Part shown: piece after piece, positions 57,110-64,000 of the stretch | How the letters are laid out: each line of letters starts with the position of its first letter | Position numbering within the stretch: position 1 is the first letter of the stretch | The notes under the pieces: generated by a model | What the model was told of the DNA's origin: nothing | The model's input: only the letters and a program-made list of their open reading frames with translations | Databases searched by the model: none | Source: Verrucomicrobiota bacterium | GTDB lineage: Bacteria; Verrucomicrobiota; Verrucomicrobiia; Limisphaerales; AAA164-E04 | Direction: 5' to 3' | Assembly (NCBI GenBank): GCA_047947115.1 | Contig: CP170459.1 | Location: forward strand, 2,240,001-2,304,000 | DNA: 64,000 nt | Program-made: the position numbers and the translations under genes

Positions 57110-58552
57110 TTGAAAACATTTCTTATCCAACTCTCTCTATGCATGACTGCACTGGTTCTTAATGCTGCGGAGCCGGAGAAGTCGGTCATTCAAATCATGA
57201 CCTTCAGTCAGGAGCCCGATTGGGACGAACCCTGGAACTCCAGTCGAGTCCGTGGTTCCAGTGGATCGGGGTTCATCATCGAGGGCAACCGCATCATGAC
57301 CAACGCCCACGTCATCAGTTGGGCCAAGCAGATACAAGTGCGACGCTTTCAGGATTCGAGACCGCACATTGCCGAGGTGGCTTTTGTTGGGCATGACTGT
57401 GATCTGGCCATTCTGACCGTGGATGACGAGTCCTTTTTTGATGGATTGGAGCCGTTGCCCATCGGTGTTTTGCCCAAAGTGCGCTCAGTTGTGAACACCA
57501 TTGGATACCCTGCCGGCGGGGAGCAGATTTCCTACACGAGTGGTGTGGTGAGTCGAATTGAGATCATCAATTATGTTCAGCCTGGCAACCGTAGTCTGCT
57601 GGCGGTGCAAACAGACGCGGCGATCAATCCTGGTAACTCCGGTGGTCCGGTTTTGCAGGATGACCGGGTGGTCGGGGTGGCATTTCAAGGCACTCCGGGA
57701 CTTGAAAACACCGGATTCTTCATCCCGCCACCGGTGATTCAGCATTTTCTGAAGGACGTGGAAGACGGAGAATACAATGGTTTCCCTCAGGCAGGCATTC
57801 GTTTGTCGCCTTTGATCAATCAGGCATACCGCAATTATTTAAAATTAACGGAGTCGGATGCCGGCGCTCGAATCGATAATTTGATCAGTGATTCAGCCAA
57901 AGAGTATTTGAAAGAAGATGACGTCTTGTTGGAAGCCAACGGTTACGAGGTTGCCGCAGATGCCACTATCATCTACGAAGGAAATCAGGTGCACGGAGGG
58001 ATCGCCTTCAGTCAGGCTCAACACGGAGCCAAAGTGCCGATCAAGGTGTTGAGAGATGGAAAGGTGATTGATTTGGTGCTGCCTGTTTTTGTGAATCAGG
58101 ATGATCGACTGGAGGGGAATCAATACACTGAGCCTAGGTATTATGTTTACTCCGGGCTGGTCTTCACTCCGTTGAGTAGGGATTTTCTTGGCACTTTCGG
58201 TCAAAACTGGTCGGCGGTCGCCGGCATTGGGTTGCTTTACGAATTATTTTACAAGAAGAACACGGAACCCGAAGAGGCCCGCACCGAGCCGGTCATGCTC
58301 TCCACGGTTCTTTCCCACAGCGTCAACGCAAACATGGAAATCCGCGGCCGCGTTCTGGTGGACTCCATCAACGGGAAACGCATTGATTCGCTCCAGGACG
58401 TTGTGGATGCGCTGGAGTCCAATAAAGGATCCCATCATTTGATCGAATTTGGCGAGCGTCTTGGCTTCGAATGTCTGGACCGTGAAGCCGCCGATCAGGC
58501 AAACGCAGAGATACTCGAAACATACGGCATTCAACAGGATCGAAAATTATGA
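57110..58552 (+). CDS. Deg/HtrA-type serine protease with PDZ domains
   Basis: TNAHV, HDCDLA and AINPGNSGG catalytic triad; signal peptide. Confidence 0.93.
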   Translation: MKTFLIQLSLCMTALVLNAAEPEKSVIQIMTFSQEPDWDEPWNSSRVRGSSGSGFIIEGNRIMTNAHVISWAKQIQVRRFQDSRPHIAEVAFVGHDCDLAILTVDDESFFDGLEPLPIGVLPKVRSVVNTIGYPAGGEQISYTSGVVSRIEIINYVQPGNRSLLAVQTDAAINPGNSGGPVLQDDRVVGVAFQGTPGLENTGFFIPPPVIQHFLKDVEDGEYNGFPQAGIRLSPLINQAYRNYLKLTESDAGARIDNLISDSAKEYLKEDDVLLEANGYEVAADATIIYEGNQVHGGIAFSQAQHGAKVPIKVLRDGKVIDLVLPVFVNQDDRLEGNQYTEPRYYVYSGLVFTPLSRDFLGTFGQNWSAVAGIGLLYELFYKKNTEPEEARTEPVMLSTVLSHSVNANMEIRGRVLVDSINGKRIDSLQDVVDALESNKGSHHLIEFGERLGFECLDREAADQANAEILETYGIQQDRKL

Positions 58553-60015
58553 TCAAGCGCTTTCATTACGTGTTGCTGGCGGGGTTGTTCCTCCTTTCCG
58601 CCCTCGAAATCCAAGCCGAAAATGAATCGGCCAACTGGGAGAAATCCCTGGTACAGATCGAATCCACCCGTCATCAGTACGAGTATTTTCAACCTTGGGC
58701 ACGTCGCACCTCGTCCAACAACAAATTCGGCGTGGTTGTTCAAGGCAAACAGATCGTCACGACGGCGGATTTTCTTTTCGATCATACCGTATTGCGTGTT
58801 CAGAAGGGTGGACGTGGTTCGTGGTATGAGGCCTCTTTGAAGTGGATTGATTACCATGCCAATCTGGCCCTGATTGCAGTGGAGGATGAAGCCTTCTGGG
58901 AAGATTTGGTGCCGGTGAAGTTTGCTGATCCAGTGCCAACTGTCGGTGATGTGCGCTTGATTCGCTGGAATGATGGCCGGTTGGAAATGCGACGCCTGGA
59001 AATGAATCGCCTCCGAATGGGGCGGGGGGCACTCACATACATTGACATTCCGCAGTTGGAACTGGATTCCGAAATTGACGGTGTGGGTTGGTCAGAAGCA
59101 ATCGTTCACCAGGATCGAGTGATAGGTCTAACCTCTTCGCAAGCCAGAAGCAAGTGCACCGCCGTTCCCTCGTTTTTTGTGCAACAGGTGTTGGACTTGG
59201 TCGCTGAGGACAAATATCCGGGACTTGGTTATTTCAATTTTTACTGGAAACGCGCCGAGAATCCGGCAGTACTCGACTACCTGAAATTGCCGGGAGAAAA
59301 GCGCGGCGTCATCGTAACCGAAATCATTGCGGTTCCCGGTCATGAAACAGCTCTGAAGCCCAAGGATATTCTGCTGAAAGTGGATGGCTTTGATATCGAC
59401 ATCGTGGGTGACTATGACGATCCCGATTATGGTAAAATGATGCTGGAACGTCTGGCGACGCGTGATCATTGGGCCGGTGATAAAATCCCGATGACCGTCT
59501 GGCGTGACGGTGCTTCGGTAGATATCGAGTTCAAACTGGCTCAGGCGGACTTTTCCAAACAATACGTTCCTACCTCTCAATTTGACATGCCCCCATCCTA
59601 CATGATGGCGGGTGGGCTTGTGTTCCAGCCGTTGACCGAGCCTTACCTGCAGAGTTGGGGAGCTGAATGGAAACGCAGGGCTCCCGTCCGATTGGTACGA
59701 CTTTCAGAAAAACCCGCCAGTGAGGAAGAAGCCGGATGCGTTGTCCTTTCCCTGGTGTTACCAGACCCATACAATCTCGGTTACCAGGATTATCGCTACC
59801 TTGCCCTCGAGAAAGTCAATGATGTGAAGATCATCGATTTACCCGATCTGAAAAAAGCGTTCGATCAGCCGAAGGACGGCTTCCATGTCATTGAATTCAT
59901 GCATGGCGAAGCGGTGAAAAGAATGGTGCTTGATGCCGAACTATTGAAATCCGCCACCCAGCGCGTGATGTTCCGCTATCGTTTGCCAACCGATTACGTG
60001 GTGGGTGAGGAATAG
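58549..60015 (+). CDS. Degenerate Deg-like paralogue lacking the catalytic triad
   Basis: Same layout as the upstream gene (GLVFxPL, PDZ) but TTADF / HANLA / no GNSGG; ATGA coupling. Confidence 0.82.
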   Translation: MIKRFHYVLLAGLFLLSALEIQAENESANWEKSLVQIESTRHQYEYFQPWARRTSSNNKFGVVVQGKQIVTTADFLFDHTVLRVQKGGRGSWYEASLKWIDYHANLALIAVEDEAFWEDLVPVKFADPVPTVGDVRLIRWNDGRLEMRRLEMNRLRMGRGALTYIDIPQLELDSEIDGVGWSEAIVHQDRVIGLTSSQARSKCTAVPSFFVQQVLDLVAEDKYPGLGYFNFYWKRAENPAVLDYLKLPGEKRGVIVTEIIAVPGHETALKPKDILLKVDGFDIDIVGDYDDPDYGKMMLERLATRDHWAGDKIPMTVWRDGASVDIEFKLAQADFSKQYVPTSQFDMPPSYMMAGGLVFQPLTEPYLQSWGAEWKRRAPVRLVRLSEKPASEEEAGCVVLSLVLPDPYNLGYQDYRYLALEKVNDVKIIDLPDLKKAFDQPKDGFHVIEFMHGEAVKRMVLDAELLKSATQRVMFRYRLPTDYVVGEE

Positions 60016-61709
60016 GGGACTCCCTGCGATTTGGGTTTTTCCGTTGTGTTCTTGAGATCAGAACTGAGCTTTTCATCGCCGGGACGGGTGGTTGCAAACA
60101 GCCGTAGATGCGTGAGCAGTTGTTTGCGACTATGTGCGATGAGCCAACTGGACCAACCCAGGCCCATGAAAAACCAGGTTCCCAACATGAAATAATCCTC
60201 GCTGACCGGCAATTTCGGCGGGCGCCCTTGAAAGGCGAGCATGGAAAAGAATGACAGGATGAAAAGGGTGTAAACAATCCAGGGAAGCATCAGGACCGTG
60301 AAGATCGTGCCGCTGATGGATCGGTTCACATATCTCGCTTTGGCACTGTTCCAGAGCCCGTACCAGAACAGGGCCAGAGAATCCATGACGATCAGAACAA
60401 GATGTGCCATGAACATGGTGGCCATGTAGGAGGCGTCATCCGCTCCAATCCTCCCGCTGTCCAATAAAAGAATCAGGGCGAAGAAGGCGGTGAGTGCACA
60501 GATGAAAATCACGGGACCGAGAAATTGCCGGAGGATCGCCATCCAGTGGCCGTGGAGCACATCCTTGACCTTGAGCGGTGTGCTGAAAAGCAGTTCCAAC
60601 GCGCCACTGCGACGGTCGTCCGTCAGTCTCTGGCTGGCCTCCGCCCCTACCCAACACTTTACCAGTACACTCCCCAGGTAGGCGGTCATGATGAAATTGG
60701 CCGGCTCGGTGTAAAAATTTCGACCATACTCCAGGCTGCCCCACAACCAGTAGAGACCACCCAGCGCAAAAACGATCCAAGGGTAAAGTGTCTTCAATCG
60801 ACTACGACTATAGAGCCAGAGCACAGGATTCTTATCCAATAAGGTTCCTCTCAGTGTTGCTTTGGTCTGCTGGTTGCCTTGATCAGCTTCCAGGATGCGT
60901 TTGCTCCGCTTCAGTTGTGCCTCAGACGCGGGGCGATCCTGCCAACGGGAAGCCACAACTATCGATGAGGTGATCAATAATCCCCAGATAAAAACCTGAT
61001 TTGTAATCAGAGATTTCCAGAACGGCCAGGAGTCTGCGGAATAGGCCCTTTCTGACATCATGCCCATCCCGTAAACCGCACTGTGGAAAAAGAATTTGTC
61101 GACAACCCATTGAGGTGGGTTTTCATTGGTAAGTAATCCGGTCAGTACCCATAGGATGGGGGCGGCTCCGAGAAAAAAGACCATCAATCCCAATGTGGTG
61201 AATGCTGCTCGCACGGCTTTGGTACTGATCACCGAAGCATAGATGCCGACCGAAAGAGAGAGCAGCATGGTGTTGGAAAGCACCAGAATCAGGCGGCCGA
61301 ATTCAGAAGCACTCACGCTACCCAACAGCAACGGGATGGCCAGCACCGGCATCACCGCCAGCAATCCGCTGACGGATTTGAGGGAGGTTGCCGCGAGCTT
61401 GCCAAAGACGACGTCATAGCCTTTCAGGTCGGTTAAAAAGAGCAACCCGAGGGTGCCCTCCCGCTTTTCTTCGCTGATGCAGTCGGAAGTCACCCAGATG
61501 CCCGACATGGCACAATAGAAAAAGGTGAAGCTCGAAAGTGTGTAGAACAAGCCCATCCCCATCGTGCTGGGTGCGGCGGTTTGCATGAAGAACATGAACA
61601 GTCCTGTAATGACGATGGACACGGTGGCAAAGACCGTCCTGCCGACGTAAAGGGAGCGCTGCCGGGAGGCAACCTTCAGTTCTCGGCCTACTACTGGGAA
61701 TAATCTCAT
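59994..61709 (-). CDS. ABC-2-type permease with a duplicated domain
   Basis: ISEEKREGTLGLLFLT and DDRRSGALELLFSTPL motifs; multiple TM helices. Confidence 0.88.
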   Translation of the reverse strand: MRLFPVVGRELKVASRQRSLYVGRTVFATVSIVITGLFMFFMQTAAPSTMGMGLFYTLSSFTFFYCAMSGIWVTSDCISEEKREGTLGLLFLTDLKGYDVVFGKLAATSLKSVSGLLAVMPVLAIPLLLGSVSASEFGRLILVLSNTMLLSLSVGIYASVISTKAVRAAFTTLGLMVFFLGAAPILWVLTGLLTNENPPQWVVDKFFFHSAVYGMGMMSERAYSADSWPFWKSLITNQVFIWGLLITSSIVVASRWQDRPASEAQLKRSKRILEADQGNQQTKATLRGTLLDKNPVLWLYSRSRLKTLYPWIVFALGGLYWLWGSLEYGRNFYTEPANFIMTAYLGSVLVKCWVGAEASQRLTDDRRSGALELLFSTPLKVKDVLHGHWMAILRQFLGPVIFICALTAFFALILLLDSGRIGADDASYMATMFMAHLVLIVMDSLALFWYGLWNSAKARYVNRSISGTIFTVLMLPWIVYTLFILSFFSMLAFQGRPPKLPVSEDYFMLGTWFFMGLGWSSWLIAHSRKQLLTHLRLFATTRPGDEKLSSDLKNTTEKPKSQGVPYSSPTT

Positions 61710-61745
61710 GGGTTGTTTCGGGTCGGAACGATGCGGTCGGTTGTT

Positions 61746-62759
61746 TTATTGGGTGTCTCCACGGGTGACACGCAGAAAGACTTCCTCAAGTCCTACTTCC
61801 TCTTCTTTCAGTCCATGAATTGCTATGCCGTTTTCCACTAAAATTTTCGCAATCACACTGACATCCGCATCGTGCGAAGCCATGGTCACACGGATCCTGT
61901 TATCGACCATTTCGGCTTCGGATACTTCCGAACGGGTTTTCAGAAATCCGATGGCCCTGTCCGGCTCGCCACCCACGGTAACCCACACGATGTGGTTCAT
62001 TTCCATCTGCTGTTTCACACCCTGCACCGGACCGCTGTAGATCAATTTACCGCGCTCGATGATGGCAACACGATTGCAGAGTGATTGCAGTTCGCTCAGA
62101 ATGTGGGAGGAAATGATGATTGTTTTGCCCATGCGCTGCAATTCCTGCAGGATGGCCATCATTTCAATGCGGGCCCGGGGATCCAGTCCGCTCGCCGGTT
62201 CATCCAGTAGCAGCAGGTCGGGATCGTGGATCAGCACTCTCGCCAGTCCGATGCGTTGCTGCATCCCGCGGCTCAAGGCTCCGATGAGCGCACCGGTCTT
62301 TTCTGAGAGTCCCACCAATTCCAGTACATCCTTCACGGTTTTCTCCCGTTGTTTGGATGGGATGCGGTAACAGGCCCCGAAGAAGTCCAGGTATTCCGTC
62401 ACTTCCATGTCTTTGTAAACACCAAAGAAATCGGGCATGTAACCGATGATATGACGTACCGCATCCGCCTCGGTGACCACGTTTTTTCCGAGCACGTTGG
62501 CGGTGCCGGAGGATGGTTTCAAGAAGGTGGCAAGGATGCGGAGAGTGGTGGTTTTTCCCGCTCCATTCGAACCGATGAATCCAAACAGATCCCCCTGGTT
62601 GACGGTCAGGTTCAACATGCTGAGGGCGGTCATGTTGCCATAATGACGGGTCAGCATGTTCGTCTCCACCGCAGGAACCTTCTTGCTCATGGATGGAGCT
62701 GTTTCCGTTGCCGATTGCACGTCTTGGACGCCTGTTTCGTCGTTGTTTTCTGTGGTCAT
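61746..62759 (-). CDS. ABC transporter ATP-binding protein
   Basis: GSNGAGKTT, LSRGMQQR, DEPASGLD and SSH motifs. Confidence 0.95.
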   Translation of the reverse strand: MTTENNDETGVQDVQSATETAPSMSKKVPAVETNMLTRHYGNMTALSMLNLTVNQGDLFGFIGSNGAGKTTTLRILATFLKPSSGTANVLGKNVVTEADAVRHIIGYMPDFFGVYKDMEVTEYLDFFGACYRIPSKQREKTVKDVLELVGLSEKTGALIGALSRGMQQRIGLARVLIHDPDLLLLDEPASGLDPRARIEMMAILQELQRMGKTIIISSHILSELQSLCNRVAIIERGKLIYSGPVQGVKQQMEMNHIVWVTVGGEPDRAIGFLKTRSEVSEAEMVDNRIRVTMASHDADVSVIAKILVENGIAIHGLKEEEVGLEEVFLRVTRGDTQ

Positions 62760-62766
62760 GGGTAAA

Positions 62767-64000
62767 TCATGGTTGAGGGTTCTCGGTCGAAGCTTTCAGC
62801 GGGATCACTACCCGGATCAACGTGTTCTTGGCAGTCCGTTTTGGATCAAACGTGTTCAGTGCCTGCATGCCCAGGTCAGACTCTGACCAGGCCAGCAGTA
62901 CCGCCTTGTCGCTTTCAAGGTGACGGGTCAGATCCAGGTTCGACTGGTAAATGAAGTTCTGTCCGTTCCCTGCCAATTTGTAGATGCTGCCCATCATGGA
63001 AATCACCGAACTTGCCTCAAAAGGTTTGTTCAGGCGATAGGTGTGCCCCAACGCACGCAGTCGGCTGTCCAGAGCAGGTTTGAAGTTGCTGGAATGATTG
63101 CGCAGAAAATCCCGCAAGTAAACGGACTTGATTTGGGTCAGGTCAAAGGTTTGGCTGGCGGACGGTCCTTGGGGGAGTCCGTCGAGATCGTAAACCTTGT
63201 CCCCGATCATCAGGCGTAAGCGGTCGAAAGCGTATGGAACCATATTCCTCACAGTCAGCATGGCGGGTTCGCCGTTGCTCGAGGATACCTTTGCCTCGAG
63301 AACGTTGTTTTGAAGGGTGTCATACCAGTCGCTGATGAACAAACGACTGGTCCATACCGGAACCGACACCCCGGCCGCAAAGCCGTCGTTCATTTTGAGC
63401 ATTTCGGACTGCCGGTTGCCTCCTTGCGAACCGCGCCACAAACCGGTGGCTTCCATGCGGAGAGACCCCAGGTTGCGCTGTGACCTGAGTTCGTATTGGG
63501 CGGTGACGGGTGAATAGAGCGCGCCATAGGTCCGGCCGCGTGCCATTGATTCCTGGCCGAAGGGGATGACATCCACCACATGCAGCTCATTCCATTCCGA
63601 GTCACCCGCTCTGAGTTTGAATCCAATGTAATAAATCAAACCGGAAAACAGAGCGACATATGCCGGAAAAGTCACCCACGTCCACATCTGCTTGTTCAGT
63701 TTTTTGAGGATGATGCGATCGATCGGACCGATGAACAGGAGGTAGACCACCAACATCAACATCAGCCATTCCACGGGCAACTTGCGTATCTGACGACTTT
63801 CAATCATGGAACCAAACAAGCCATCCACGCCTTCCCCTCCTAAGGAATTTCGATTGCCTACTTCAAACCAGCGCCCGGGGATGCCGGATAATTTGGCCCA
63901 GAACCACGGTTTGTTTTCCCAGCTCTTGATCGGTTCGCGTTCGGGTGAAAATGTCAACACGGTCACCTGACCACGTCCTCGAACGGCATGGATGATCAGT
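62767..64000 (-). CDS. Membrane-anchored hypothetical protein of the ABC operon, 5' end outside window
   Basis: Frame is open to the window edge; YLLFIGP...WTWVTFP TM pair. Confidence 0.8.
   Translation of the reverse strand, partial: LIIHAVRGRGQVTVLTFSPEREPIKSWENKPWFWAKLSGIPGRWFEVGNRNSLGGEGVDGLFGSMIESRQIRKLPVEWLMLMLVVYLLFIGPIDRIILKKLNKQMWTWVTFPAYVALFSGLIYYIGFKLRAGDSEWNELHVVDVIPFGQESMARGRTYGALYSPVTAQYELRSQRNLGSLRMEATGLWRGSQGGNRQSEMLKMNDGFAAGVSVPVWTSRLFISDWYDTLQNNVLEAKVSSSNGEPAMLTVRNMVPYAFDRLRLMIGDKVYDLDGLPQGPSASQTFDLTQIKSVYLRDFLRNHSSNFKPALDSRLRALGHTYRLNKPFEASSVISMMGSIYKLAGNGQNFIYQSNLDLTRHLESDKAVLLAWSESDLGMQALNTFDPKRTAKNTLIRVVIPLKASTENPQP

Noticed and set aside
55401..57189. Repeated small ORFs (e.g. 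56319-56504, 56536-56721, 56753-56938) and the antisense 352-aa ORF
   Set aside because: They are by-products of the GC-rich tandem repeat and of the permease antisense strand.

Overview
Ordinary chromosomal DNA of a PVC-superphylum bacterium, most likely Verrucomicrobia. This is inferred from the DUF1592/DUF1552 and DUF1553/DUF1501 gene pairs, two PVC-type haem c dehydrogenases, two sulfatases and a LamG protein with a verrucomicrobial-type C-terminus. The window holds about 45 genes for housekeeping and organic-matter scavenging (fbaA, anmK plus an SSS transporter, a ParA, a sugar ABC transporter, a Deg protease pair), one tRNA-Arg(ACG), an intact IS4-family element (18-bp IRs, 10-bp target duplication), three vapBC-type toxin-antitoxin modules plus two TA-like remnants, and several lesioned genes. 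I found no CRISPR array, reverse transcriptase, integrase or phage gene. The most unusual signal is non-coding: a layered set of small repeats. It includes four GTAG-type REP families (one forms a 217-bp tandem array), a CAGAT-unit inverted-repeat element, and a ~24-bp CCGC-N4-GCGGGA micro-element. The micro-element interrupts three unrelated host repeats and is also the exact target site of the IS4 insertion. All calls rest on motif recognition by eye; no database searches were run.
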